This document shows, piece after piece, positions 31,288 to 41,906 of a DNA stretch of 64,000 nucleotides. Positions within the stretch are counted from its first letter, which is position 1. Each line of letters begins with the position of its first letter. The stretch comes from an uncultured Chloroflexia bacterium (GTDB taxonomy: Bacteria > Chloroflexota > Limnocylindria > Limnocylindrales > CSP1-4): assembly GCA_963768675.1 (NCBI GenBank), contig CAVYIV010000001.1:77913-141912 (forward strand), in the 5' to 3' direction. A model generated the notes under the pieces. That model saw only the letters and a list, made by a program, of their open reading frames with translations. It did not search any database and was not told the DNA's origin. The position numbers and the translations under genes were made by a program.

Positions 31288-34200
31288 GTGGCCGCGTCCC
31301 TCTCCCTCTACGAGCCGTCGTTCGAGCACGATGCCTGCGGGTTCGGGTTCGTGTGCGACATCGCTGGCCGGCCCGCCCACGCGATCGTCCGCGACGCCCT
31401 GACCGTCCTGGTCAACCTGGAGCATCGCGGCGCCAGCGGCTCGGAGCGGAACACCGGGGACGGCGCGGGGATCCTGGCCCAGGTGCCCTTCGGCTTCCTC
31501 CGATCCGTGGCCGCCGAGCAGGGGCTCCGCCTGCCCGCCGCGGGCGGACTCGGCGTGGGGGGCGGATTCGGCGTCGGGATGGTCTTCCTCCCCCGCGACG
31601 AGGCGAGCCGCGCGGCCTGCGAGGGGCACGTCACCGCGGTCCTGGCGGCCGAAGGGCTGGACCTCCTCGGCTGGCGGGACGTCCCGACCGTGGCGGACGG
31701 CCTCGGCGAGACCGCCCGAACCAGCCAGCCGGTCATCCGCCAGGTCTTCGTCGGTAGACCGACCGGCATCGAGGACGACGTCGCCTTCGACCGCCGCCTG
31801 TTCGTGGCCCGCCGCCTGGTCGAGAAGGCCGTCTCGCGCTCTGCGCTGCCGGGCCGCGGGGACTTCTACATCTCCTCGCTGAGCTGCCGCACGATCGTCT
31901 ACAAGGGGATGCTGAACGCCTCGCAGCTCCTCACGTTCTACCCGGACATCGTCGACCCGCGCTTCGAGAGCGCGATCGCGATGGTCCACTCGCGCTTCTC
32001 GACCAACACCTTCCCGTCATGGTCGCGCGCGCACCCGTACCGCTACATCTCCCACAACGGCGAGATCAACACCCTGCGCGGCAACGTCAACTGGTTCCAT
32101 GCCCGGCAGTCGATGTTCCGCTCGTCGCTCTTCGGCGATGACCTCCAGAAGGTGCTCCCCGCGATCGACCCGGACGGCTCCGACTCGACGATCCTGGACA
32201 ACGTCCTCGAGCTGCTCCACCTCTCGGGCCGATCCCTGGCCCACGGGATGATGATGCTGATCCCGGAGCCCTGGAACCGCGACGAGACGATGTCGCCGGA
32301 GCTGCGCGCCTTCTACGAGTACCACGCCTGCCTGATGGAGGCGTGGGACGGACCGGCCTCGATCGCCTTCACCGACGGTGTGCGCGTCGCGGCGACGCTC
32401 GATCGGAACGGGCTGCGGCCGGCGCGCTACTACGTCACCGCCGACGGCCGCGTCGTCATGGCCTCCGAGGCCGGCGTCCTCGACATCCCCGCCGAACAGG
32501 TGGTGGCGAAGGGCCGGATCCAACCGGGCCACATGTTCCTGGTGGACACCGCGCAGGGGCGGATCGTCCCCGACCACGAGCTCAAGCACGAGGTCGCCTC
32601 GGCCCAGCCGTACGCGGAATGGGTCGCCCAGTGGCAGACCCGGCTCGAGGATCTTCCCCACCCGTCCCACGTGATCGAGCCGGACCACGAGACCGTCCTG
32701 CGCCGGCAGGAGGTCTTCGGCTACAACGCCGAGGACGTGCGCCTCGTCATCAACCCCATGGCGACCACGGGCACCGACCCGGTTGGCTCGATGGGCAACG
32801 ACGCTGCGCTTGCCGTCCTTTCGGACCAGCCGCAGCTCCTGTACGGCTATTTCAAGCAGCTCTTCGCGCAGGTCACGAACCCGCCCGTGGACGCGATCCG
32901 CGAGGAGATCATCATGGCCACGGAGACCTCCATCGGCCCGGAGGACAACCTCCTGGAGCCGGGGCCCCGAGGCGGCGTTGCAGCTCGCGCTTCCCTCGCC
33001 CGTCCTCTCCAACCTCGAGCTCGAGAAGATCCGCCGTCTCGACGGCGGGCCCGCGGCGCGCGGCTTCCGTTCGGTCACGCTGCCGATCCTCTTCCGCGCC
33101 TCAGAGAACGGCCAGGGGCTCCGTCGGGCGATCGAGGACGTGCGCCGGCGAGCGTCGGAGGCGATCGCCGAGGGCTACAACCTCGTCATCCTGTCGGACC
33201 GCGGTCACGACGAGAGGGACGCCCCGATCCCCGCGCTCCTGGCCGTCGCCGCGGTCCACCACCACCTCGTTCGGGCCGGCACCCGGACCCGGGTGGGGCT
33301 CGTCCTCGAGTCCGGCGAGCCGCGCGAGGCGCACCACTTCTGCCTCCTGATCGGGTACGGGGCCAGCGCCATCAACCCCTACCTCGCCTTCGAGACGATC
33401 GACGACCAGGTGCGTCTCGGCGCGATCCCCGGCCCCACCGACGCGGCCGAGGCGCGCTACCGCAAGGCGCTCGTGAAGGGCGTCATCAAGGCGATCTCCC
33501 GGATGGGGATCTCCACGGTCCAGAGCTACCACGGCGCCCAGGTCTTCGAGGCGCTGGGGCTCAACCGAGACTTCATCGACGAGTACTTCACCTGGACGCC
33601 GACCCGGATCGGGGGGATCGGGATCGAGGGCGTCTCGCGCGAAGCGAGGGCCCGCCAGGACCGCGCCTACTCGACCCGCCGGCCGGCCGTCCAGCACCAG
33701 CTCGGCATCGGCGGGCAGTACCAGTACCGCGTCGAAGGGGAGACGCACCTCTTCAATCCCCTCACCATCCACCTGCTCCAGCGCGCGGTCCGGACCGGCG
33801 ACTACGCGACGTTCAAGGACTACACGAGCCTCGTCGACGACCGCTCGAAGCGCCTCGCGACGCTGCGCGGGCTGATGGAGCTCCGGCCCGCGCTGCGCCC
33901 CGTCCCACTCGACGAAGTCGAGCCGGTCGAGGCGATCGTGCGCCGCTTCAAGACCGGCGCGATGAGCTACGGCTCGATCTCCGCGGAGGCCCACGAGGCC
34001 CTCGCGATCGCCATGAACCGGCTGGGCGGCAAGTCCAACACGGGCGAGGGCGGCGAGGACCCGGCCCGCTACGAGCCGCTCCCGAACGGCGACTCCCGCA
34101 GCAGCGCGATCAAGCAGGTGGCCAGCGGGCGCTTCGGCGTGACGAGCGAGTACCTGGTCAACGCCCGCGAGATCCAGATCAAGATGGCCCAGGGGGCGAA

Positions 34201-35903
34201 GCCCGGCGAGGGCGGCCAGCTGCCTGGCTCGAAGGTCTACCCGTGGATCGCGCGGACGCGCTACTCGACCCCGGGCGTTGGCCTGATCAGCCCGCCGCCG
34301 CACCACGACATCTACTCGATCGAGGACCTCGCCGAGCTGATCCACGACCTCAAGAACGCGAACCACCACGCCCGGATCAGCGTGAAGCTGGTGGCCGAGG
34401 TCGGCGTGGGCACGATCGCGGCCGGGGTCGCCAAGGCCCACGCGGACGTGGTGCTGATCAGCGGCCACGACGGCGGGACGGGCGCCTCGCCGCTCACCTC
34501 GATCAAGCACGCGGGCGTGCCCTGGGAGCTCGGGCTGGCGGAGGCCCACCAGGTCCTGATGATGAACGACCTGCGCTCGCGCATCGCGGTCGAGGTGGAC
34601 GGGCAGCTCAAGACCGGTCGCGACGTCGTGATCGGGGCGCTCCTCGGCGCCGAGGAGTTCGGCTTCGCGACCGCCCCGCTCGTCTCGCTGGGCTGCATCA
34701 TGGTCAGGGCCTGCCACCTCAACACGTGCCCGGTCGGTGTCGCCACGCAGGATCCCGAGCTGCGCCGGAACTTCGCGGGCGATCCCCAGCACGTCGTCAA
34801 CTTCATGACCTTCATCGCCTCCGAGGTTCGCGAGCACATGGCTCGCCTGGGCTTCCGCACGATCGAGGAGATGGTCGGCCGCTCCGACCGCCTCGAGATG
34901 GTCCCCGCGATCGAGCACCCGAAGGCCCGCAGCCTCGACTTCAGCCGGATCCTCTTCCAGCCGGAGGCCCCCGCCGGCCGGGGCCGAACCTGCACGATCC
35001 CCCAGGAGCACCGGGTCGAGGATTCGCTCGACGCGACCACGCTCCTCGAGCTGTGCCGCCCGGCGCTGGAGGACGGCCACCAAGTCCGCGCCACGCTCCC
35101 GATCCGCAACGTGAACCGCGTGGTGGGAACCATGCTCGGCTCCGAGGTGACCCGGCGCTGGGGCCGGAACGGGCTGCCGGACGACACGATCGACCTCACC
35201 TTCCAGGGCTCCGCCGGCCAGAGCTTCGGCTCGTTCATCCCGCGGGGGATCACGCTTCGCCTGGAGGGTGACGCGAACGACTACCTGGGCAAGGGGCTCT
35301 CCGGCGGGCGGCTCGCCCTGTTCCCGCCGGCCGCGCGCCGGGTTCGCCGCCGAGGACAACGTGATCACCGGGAACGTCGCCCTGTACGGCGCGACGGGCG
35401 GCGAGGCGTTCATCCGCGGGGTCGCCGGGGAGCGCTTCGCGGTCCGCAACTCGGGGGCGACGGCGGTCGTGGAGGGGGTGGGCGACCACGGCTGCGAGTA
35501 CATGACCGGCGGCCGCGTCGTCGTGCTCGGCCCCACCGGGCGCAACTTCGCCGCGGGCATGTCGGGTGGCATCGCCTGGGTCCACGACCTACGGGGCGAG
35601 TTCGGGCTGGCCTGCAACAGGGAGATGGTGGCCCTCGAGCCGCTGGCGGACCCCGCCGAGGTCGCCGAGGTCCGCGCGCTCGTCGAGCGCCACGCGGCGC
35701 TCACCGGGAGCGCCCGCGCTGCCGCCCTGCTCGCGGACTGGAGTGCCACCGCAGGTCGCTTCGTGCGCGTCATGCCCCACGACTACCGGCGCGTCCTGGA
35801 GGCGCAGGCACGCATGAAGGCCGCCGGGTTCGGCGACGACGAGGCGGAGATGGCCGCCTTCTCGGAGAACGCCGCCGATCTCGCCCGGGTCGGCGGGTCG
35901 TAG
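31288..35903 (+). pseudogene. gltB: glutamate synthase (NADPH) large subunit, two frame breaks as assembled
   Basis: The sequence begins LYEPSFEHDACGFGF, with the Ntn amidotransferase Cys after a short propeptide. The central FMN/Fe-S domain has [21 protein letters not shown] and [13 protein letters not shown]. The C-terminal GXGXG beta-helix domain has [23 protein letters not shown]. The breaks are at the CCCC run 32965-32968 and at about 35335. The GTG start at 31288 is tentative. Confidence 0.9.
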
Positions 35904-35905
35904 GC

Positions 35906-37392
35906 GTGGGCAAGCCGACCGGCTTCATGGAGTTCGGGCGCCATGCCATGGAGGGCCGCCCGCCGCTCGAGCGGGTCCGCGACTGGAGGGAAGCCCACCC
36001 GCCACTCGACGCGGCGACCCTGGCCGAGCAGGCGGCCCGCTGCATGGACTGCGGCGTGCCGTTCTGTCACACGGGGACGCTCATCTCCGGCATGGCATCG
36101 GGCTGCCCCATCAACAACCTGATCCCGGAGTGGAACGACCTCGTCTACCGGGGGCAGTGGCGTGACGCGAGCCTGCGCCTCCACCGGACTAACAACTTCC
36201 CGGAGTTCACCGGCCGCGTGTGCCCGGCGCCCTGCGAGGGGTCCTGCACGGTCGCGATCAACGGCGACCCGGTCGCGATCAAGACGATCGAGCAGGAGAT
36301 CGCCGACCGGGCCTGGGAGAACGGGTGGGTCGTCCCCAGCCCGCCGCGTACGCGGACGGGGCGGACGGTCGCCGTCGTGGGGAGCGGCCCGGCCGGCCTC
36401 GCCGCCGCGGCCCAGCTCAACCAGGCCGGCCACCTCGTCACCGTCTTCGAGCGCGCCGACCGGATCGGGGGCCTGCTCGTCTACGGGATCCCGAACATGA
36501 AGCTCGACAAGGCGCGTCGTTGCCCGCCGGGTCCAGCTCATGGCCGACGAGGGCGTGCGGTTCGCCCCGGCGTGGAGGTGGGCTCGGACCTGCCGGCTGA
36601 TCAGATCCTCGCCGACTTCGACGCCGTCGTGCTCGCGACCGGGGCAACCGTGGCGCGGGACCTCGCGGTCCCGGGCCGCGAGCTGGGCGGGATCCACCTG
36701 GCCATGAACTTCCTGCGGGGAAACACGCGCCGGCTCCTCGACGGCGGGCCGAACGCGGAGGTGCCGATCGACGCGGCAGGGAAGGACGTGGTGGTCGTCG
36801 GCGGCGGCGACACCGGGACCGACTGCGTGGGCACCGCGATCCGCCTCGGCGCCCGGCACGTCCGCCAGCTCGAGATCCTGCCCCGGCCACCGGACGACGC
36901 GCGCGGCCGACAACCCGTGGCCGGAGTGGCCGAAGGTCTACCGCCTCGACTACGGGCAGGAGGAGGCGAAGGCGCTCTGGGGCGAGGATCCGCGTCGCTA
37001 CGCGACCACCACGCGACGCTTCATCGGCCGGCAACGAGCGGGTCACGGGGATCGAGATCGCCGGGATCGAGTGGACCGCGACGGCCGAGGGTCGCTTCGA
37101 GATGCGGGAGGTGCCCGGGACCGCAGAGGTCGTTCCCGCGGATCTCGTCCTGCTTGCGCTCGGCTTCGTCGGCCCGGAACCCGGGCTGCCGAAGGCGTTC
37201 GGATGCGACCTCGACCCGCGCGGGATGGTCCGGACCGGCATCGACAAGATGACGAGCGTGCCCGGCGTCTTCGCGGCCGGCGACTGCGCACGCGGCCAGT
37301 CCCTCGTGGTATGGGCGATCCGCGAGGGTCGCGCGGTGGCCCAGGGCGTGGACCGCTACCTGGGGCACGGGGAGACACTTCTCCCGGCCTGA
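35906..37392 (+). pseudogene. gltD: glutamate synthase (NADPH) small subunit, about four frame breaks as assembled
   Basis: GTG at 35906 lies 2 nt after the gltB stop. Motifs: [54 protein letters not shown], and the tail [22 protein letters not shown]. The breaks are at about 36512, the C-run 36565-36568, about 36900 and about 37029. Confidence 0.9.
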
Positions 37393-37559
37393 GCGGCAGC
37401 CGCACCCGGGACGCCCTCCCGCCTCCGCTGCGCACGTCGCGGCTGCGCGGCGGGCATGCAGATGCCCCCGGGTTTCTGCGACTCTTCCGAGGTACCGGGG
37501 CGGCCGGAAGGGGAGCCGAAGCGGCCCGGGGAGGGTGAGGCGTCGGAGGAGGGTTCGGG

Positions 37560-38888
37560 GTGTCCGCTGCGGTCGGCTATGTCCGGGGCATGTTCCATTG
37601 GACGGTGAAGCGCGAGGGGATCATCGCGCCGGACGAGCGGCCGCCGGCCGCGCAGTCGCTGGCCCTGGGGGTCCAGCACATCTTCGCGATGTTCGGCGCG
37701 ACGGTGCTGGCGCCGGTGATCATGGGCTTCAACCCGAACACGGCGATCTTCTTCTCGGGCATCGGGACGCTGATCTTCTTCGTGTGCGTCCGCGGCCGCG
37801 TGCCGAGCTACCTCGGGTCGAGCTTCTCGTTCATCGCGGTGGTGCTGTCTGCCGAGGCGATCGGCGGCGGCCATAACATCCCGGTCGCCCTCGGCGGGAT
37901 CATCGCCTGTGGCGCGGTGTACGCGGTGATCGGCCTGATCGTCATGGCGGTGGGCTACAAATGGGTGGAGTTCCTGATGCCTCCGATCGTCACGGGCGCG
38001 GTCGTGGCGGTCATCGGCCTCAACCTCGCCCCGGCGGCCATCAACTACATGATCGGGTCCGACGCGGCCCACCCGAGCAACTTCGGGATCCTGGTCGGCC
38101 TTCTGACCGCGCTGGCGGTCGCGCTCGTGGCCGTCTACGCGCCGGGCATGCTGCGCCGCCTCCCGATCCTGATCGGCGGCATCTTCGGGTACCTGCTCTA
38201 CTGGCTGCTGTCGAACGTGCTGAACCTGGGCGGCACCCCGATCGACTTCCACGCCATCAGCGCCGCGCCCCTCCTCGGCTGGCCGGCGCTCACCGCCCCG
38301 CAGTTCGACTCGCACGCGATCACGCTGATCGTCCCCGTCGCGATCGTCCTCGTGGCCGAGAACCTCGGGCACGTCAAGGCGGTCGCCACCATGACCGGGC
38401 GGAACCTCGATCCGTACATCGGGCGGGCCTTCTTCGCCGACGGCCTCGCGACGATGATTGCCGGTTCGGGCGGGGGCACGGGCGTCACGACCTACGCCGA
38501 GAACATCGGCGTCATGGCCGTGACCAAGATCTACTCGAGCCTCGTCTTCGTGATCGCGGCCGTCGTTGCCATCCTGCTCGGGTTCTCGCCGATGTTCGGG
38601 GCCCTCGTGCTGTCCATCCCGCAGCCGGTCCTGGGAGGCATGGCGATCGTGCTCTTCGGTCTGATCGCGACGACCGGGGCGCGCATCTGGGTCGAGAACA
38701 AGGTCGACTTCACGAACAACACGAACTTCATTACGGCTGCCGTCGCGCTCACCCTGGGCGCCGGGAACCTGGCCATCACCCAGGGCGACTTCTCGATCGG
38801 CGGGATCGGCACCGCCTGCATCGGCGCCCTTCTCGTCTACCAGGTGCTCAACCGGTTCGGCCTGGGCCGGGCAACCGCGCGTTCGTAG
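37560..38888 (+). CDS. NCS2-family nucleobase permease (uracil/xanthine permease-like)
   Basis: Intact ORF. GTG at 37560 lies 7-8 nt after GGAGGAGGG. Motifs: LALGVQHIFAMFGATVLAPVIMGFNPNTAIFFSGIGTLIFF, YLGSSFSFI, ENIGVMAVTKIYS. Confidence 0.85.
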   Translation: MSAAVGYVRGMFHWTVKREGIIAPDERPPAAQSLALGVQHIFAMFGATVLAPVIMGFNPNTAIFFSGIGTLIFFVCVRGRVPSYLGSSFSFIAVVLSAEAIGGGHNIPVALGGIIACGAVYAVIGLIVMAVGYKWVEFLMPPIVTGAVVAVIGLNLAPAAINYMIGSDAAHPSNFGILVGLLTALAVALVAVYAPGMLRRLPILIGGIFGYLLYWLLSNVLNLGGTPIDFHAISAAPLLGWPALTAPQFDSHAITLIVPVAIVLVAENLGHVKAVATMTGRNLDPYIGRAFFADGLATMIAGSGGGTGVTTYAENIGVMAVTKIYSSLVFVIAAVVAILLGFSPMFGALVLSIPQPVLGGMAIVLFGLIATTGARIWVENKVDFTNNTNFITAAVALTLGAGNLAITQGDFSIGGIGTACIGALLVYQVLNRFGLGRATARS

Positions 38889-38973
38889 CCAGCGACCGAC
38901 CGCCGGCAAGGGTAACGTGGGGGAGGTGCGTCCCGAGGTGGCGGGCTTGGTCCCGCGATGATTGGATGGCGGT

Positions 38974-39885
38974 ATGGCGGCGGCTGAGTACAACGCGACC
39001 GTGGCCCAGCGCGTCGAGCTGGCGCCCGGCCTGATCATCCTGCGGATCGTCCCCGATCAGCCTCGCTTCGAGTTCAAGGCCGGCCAATACGTCGTGCTCG
39101 GGCTCAAGGCCTCGGAGCCGCGGATCGACGAGGCAGAACCGGACCAGCTTGCGTATCGGCCGGCACCTGGGGAGGCGCCGGCCGAGGCGGGTGTCCCGGC
39201 GTCGATCGAGCCGGTCCCGGAGACGGCGGCAGAGAAGGCGGTCACGACCGCACGTCCCGACCCGGACAAGCTGATCCGGCGTGCCTACTCGATCGCGTCC
39301 GGGAGCCTTTCCGAGGAGTACCTGGAGTTCGTGATCACCGTCGTGATGAGCGGCGACCTGACGCCGCGGCTCTTCAGGCTCGGGATCAAGGACCGCCTCT
39401 ACGTCGGCCCCAAGGCGGTCGGAATGTTCACCCTTGACAAGGCGCCGCGGGATCACCATGTGCTCCTCGTGGCCACCGGGACCGGCCTGGCGCCCTACGT
39501 GTCGATGCTTCGGAGCGACCTGGAGTGCGGCGGGACACGCCGGATGGTCGTCCTCCACGGGGCGCGCTGCTCGTGGGACCTGGGCTATCGGACCGAGCTT
39601 GCCAGCCTTGCGCGGCACTGCCCCAACTTCACATACATCCCGGTGATCACGCGCCCGCACGAGGACCCGACCTGGCGCGGCCGGACGGGCTACCTCCAGG
39701 ACGTGCTCTCCGCGGGCGTCGTGGAGGACGAGACGGGCCTTCCGCTCGTTCCGGACAGCTTTCACGTCTACCTGTGCGGCAACCCCGGGATGATCGAGAC
39801 GGTCACCGAGCTGCTGGGGGTCCGCGGATTCGTCCGGGACCGCGGCCACGACATCGGGACGATCCACACCGAGGAGTACTGGTAG
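38974..39885 (+). CDS. ferredoxin-NADP(+) reductase (Fpr-type flavoprotein)
   Basis: Intact ORF (TTG at 38962 or ATG at 38974). Motifs: RRAYSIAS (FAD R-x-Y-S), LLVATGTGLAPYVSML, YLCGNPGM, terminal EEYW. It carries an unusual Pro/Ala/Glu-rich insertion of about 50 aa before RRAYS. Confidence 0.85.
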   Translation: MAAAEYNATVAQRVELAPGLIILRIVPDQPRFEFKAGQYVVLGLKASEPRIDEAEPDQLAYRPAPGEAPAEAGVPASIEPVPETAAEKAVTTARPDPDKLIRRAYSIASGSLSEEYLEFVITVVMSGDLTPRLFRLGIKDRLYVGPKAVGMFTLDKAPRDHHVLLVATGTGLAPYVSMLRSDLECGGTRRMVVLHGARCSWDLGYRTELASLARHCPNFTYIPVITRPHEDPTWRGRTGYLQDVLSAGVVEDETGLPLVPDSFHVYLCGNPGMIETVTELLGVRGFVRDRGHDIGTIHTEEYW

Positions 39886-40120
39886 CCGGTCCGGGCGAAT
39901 TCGGTCCCGGAGCCTCTGGCGCGCCGGCCGCGGGACGCGTACGATCCGCTGTCCAGCCATCGGAGGATCTCAATCGTCGCTTCAACCTCGGGCGGACGGC
40001 CGACCCCAGCGGGCGGCCCGAGGTCCGGGACTCGATCCCAACGACCCGCGTCACCTGCGCACGATCGGTCCCCGGCCTGTGCGCCAGGCGCACCGTGCCG
40101 CCCCGGGCGGCGGATTGCGC

Positions 40121-40833
40121 ATGGGTCCCGCCTGGGTCGTCGGCGGCCTGCTCGCCTTCACGTTCCTGTCGATGGGAATGGCGGCAGGGTCCGTGCCGAC
40201 CGGTGCCGTCGCCGGTGCGCGCTCGACGGGCCCGGAGGTCGCTCGGCTGTGGCTGGCGGTCGCCGGCGAGCCGGGCGTGGCCACCGATCCAGCGGGCGCG
40301 GCCTCGGCCGACACCTCCCGCCAGGATCGAGCTCCGACGTCGCCGTCCTCGGGCCGATCCTCGCTTCGCTCGAGACCGACGAAGCGAGGCTGACGCCCGA
40401 TATCCCGACGGCGCACGCGGCGGCGACTGCCCGTCCCGAGGCGGCGGCGCTCGCGAAGGATCGGGCGACGCCGCGCCTCATGTCGACGCCGGTGAAGAGG
40501 CCGACGGCCCAGGCGGCGGCGGCGAAGTCGCCGAAGCCCACGCCGAAGCCGGCACCCAAACCGCCCCCGAAGCCGGTGCCGTCGATCGTCTACCTGCACA
40601 AGGCCTCCGGGCGCGCCACGTGGGGGGCGTTCGGTGGCGCGGTGATCACTCGGCTACTCCCGGGGACGTTGATCCGCGTGTGTGGTCGCCTGGGCTGCTG
40701 GGCCGGGGTTTCGTCCGGCTTCGGCCCGTCGCCCGACGGGGGCAACCTCGTGGACCTGGACGCGTCCATCTTCCGGCGCATCTGCGGTCCGCTGGGCACC
40801 GGCGTCGGATCGATCGTTCTCAGCTGGCGCTGA
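40121..40833 (+). pseudogene. secreted RlpA-like (double-psi beta-barrel) domain protein, one frame break as assembled
   Basis: ATG at 40121 starts a signal peptide (MGPAWVVGGLLAFTFLSMGMAAG). A Pro/Lys/Ala linker (KSPKPTPKPAPKPPPKP) and the C-terminal domain (SGRATWGAFGG..LPGTLIRVCG..GNLVDLDASIFRRI) are in ORF 40249-40833. The break lies somewhere in 40200-40390. Confidence 0.55.
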
Positions 40834-40858
40834 CCGGCGCAGCGCGGCGGTATCGCAC

Positions 40859-41344
40859 GTGACAGCACGCCAGTGGATCCAGCGCTTCGCGCTCCGCGTC
40901 CACCAGGCGATCTACGAGCTCAGCGGGGGATTCGTCGGGCATCGCCTCATCGGCGTCCCGTCCCTGCTGCTGCGGACGACGGGTCGGCGGACAGGTCGCG
41001 TTCGCACGACGGCCCTGATCTATGCCCGGGATGGGGCGGCGTACGTGCTCGTGGCGTCCAACCATGGCCTCGGTCGAGATCCAGCCTGGCTGCTCAACAT
41101 CCGCGCCGACCCCAGCGTTGAGGTCCAGGTCGGGCGACGTCGGGAACGCGGTCTGGTACGTGTGGTCGAGAAGGGTGATGGCGTCTACGGGCGGCTGTGG
41201 CAGCTGGTCAACGACGGCAACCACCACCGCTACGAGGGGTACCAGGCGTCGAGCGGCCGGCCGATCCCGCTCGTCGTCGTGTTGCCGGCCATGTCGCCCG
41301 CCGTGTCGCCGCCGGCCACGCCACCCGCCGCCGCGATCCGCTGA
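40859..41344 (+). CDS. nitroreductase-family deazaflavin (F420H2)-dependent oxidoreductase (DDN family)
   Basis: GTG at 40859; intact. Pattern: GVPSLLLRTTGRRTGRVRTTALIYARDGAAYVLVASNHGLGRDPAWLLNIRADPSVEVQVG. Confidence 0.8.
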   Translation: MTARQWIQRFALRVHQAIYELSGGFVGHRLIGVPSLLLRTTGRRTGRVRTTALIYARDGAAYVLVASNHGLGRDPAWLLNIRADPSVEVQVGRRRERGLVRVVEKGDGVYGRLWQLVNDGNHHRYEGYQASSGRPIPLVVVLPAMSPAVSPPATPPAAAIR

Positions 41345-41507
41345 GCGAGCGGGCCGTTACCTGAAGGCGGCCGCACGGCGCATCCCGTACCCGGCGCGTC
41401 GCGTGCGCGGCGCATCGCGCGCCGGCGATGCAGGCTCGTTGCCTGGCGCGAATACGGTGTGCGGCCGGTCCCTGGACGTGATGCGGGTTGCGGGCATATC
41501 AGGAGCT

Positions 41508-41581
41508 CACCCGGCGCCCCGACGGGGCACCCCGGCGTCTCAGTCGCTGCCGCTGCCGGGGCCACCCGGCGCCCCGACGGG
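41508..41581. repeat. two identical 19-nt direct repeats (CACCCGGCGCCCCGACGGG)
   Basis: The copies are at 41508-41526 and 41563-41581. They lie inside the 560-bp non-coding region 41345-41906. Confidence 0.9.
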
Positions 41582-41760
41582 CCCGTCGTCGCGGGGTTTC
41601 CGATGCGTCCGTTGTGCTCCCGTTGCGACGCATACCTGACGCTGTATGCCCGCAACGCGCACAAGGAGGCCCGCGGTCTCCCGTGCCATATACAGGACGT
41701 GATCAAGGCTGCATGGTCTCTCGCGGCGCGCCACAATTGATTCGCCTGACGTCGAGAGAG

Positions 41761-41821
41761 GATCGAGTCCTGGATGCCGGTTCCGGCGCCGGCTCGACGC
41801 CGGATCCGGTCCTGGATGCCG
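41761..41821. repeat. two 19-nt direct repeats (GATCsrGTCCTGGATGCCG, 17/19 identical) flanking the palindrome CCGGCGCCGG
   Basis: The copies are at 41761-41779 and 41803-41821, with the palindrome at 41783-41792. They lie 86-146 nt upstream of the 41907 ATG and are a candidate regulator binding site. Confidence 0.85.
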
Positions 41822-41906
41822 CTCCCGGGAGGTGCGGGCGGTGCGCGCACCCGCGCGTTGTGCGTACCCGCGCTGAGCGCGCCGAAGACAAGGAGGCGTC
41901 GCACCG

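Noticed and set aside
4499-37392. Frame breaks considered as programmed ribosomal frameshifting or transcriptional slippage.
   Set aside because: There are no X-XXY-YYZ slippery heptamers and no downstream pseudoknot pattern at the break points. Breaks occur in both directions, several per gene, in unrelated gene families, and mostly in 2-5 nt homopolymers. This is consistent with indel errors.
41603-41740. A 45-codon ORF with C-x-x-C...C-H in the long intergenic region (MRPLCSRCDAYLTLYARNAHKEARGLPCHIQDVIKAAWSLAARHN).
   Set aside because: It has no Shine-Dalgarno, weaker codon bias than real genes here, and no family recognised. It is mentioned only within the intergenic-region finding.
41508-41821. 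Direct repeats considered as a possible CRISPR array or mobile-element termini.
   Set aside because: There are only two copies of each 19-mer. The spacings are unequal (55 and 42 nt). There are no cas or transposase genes and no flanking target-site duplications.
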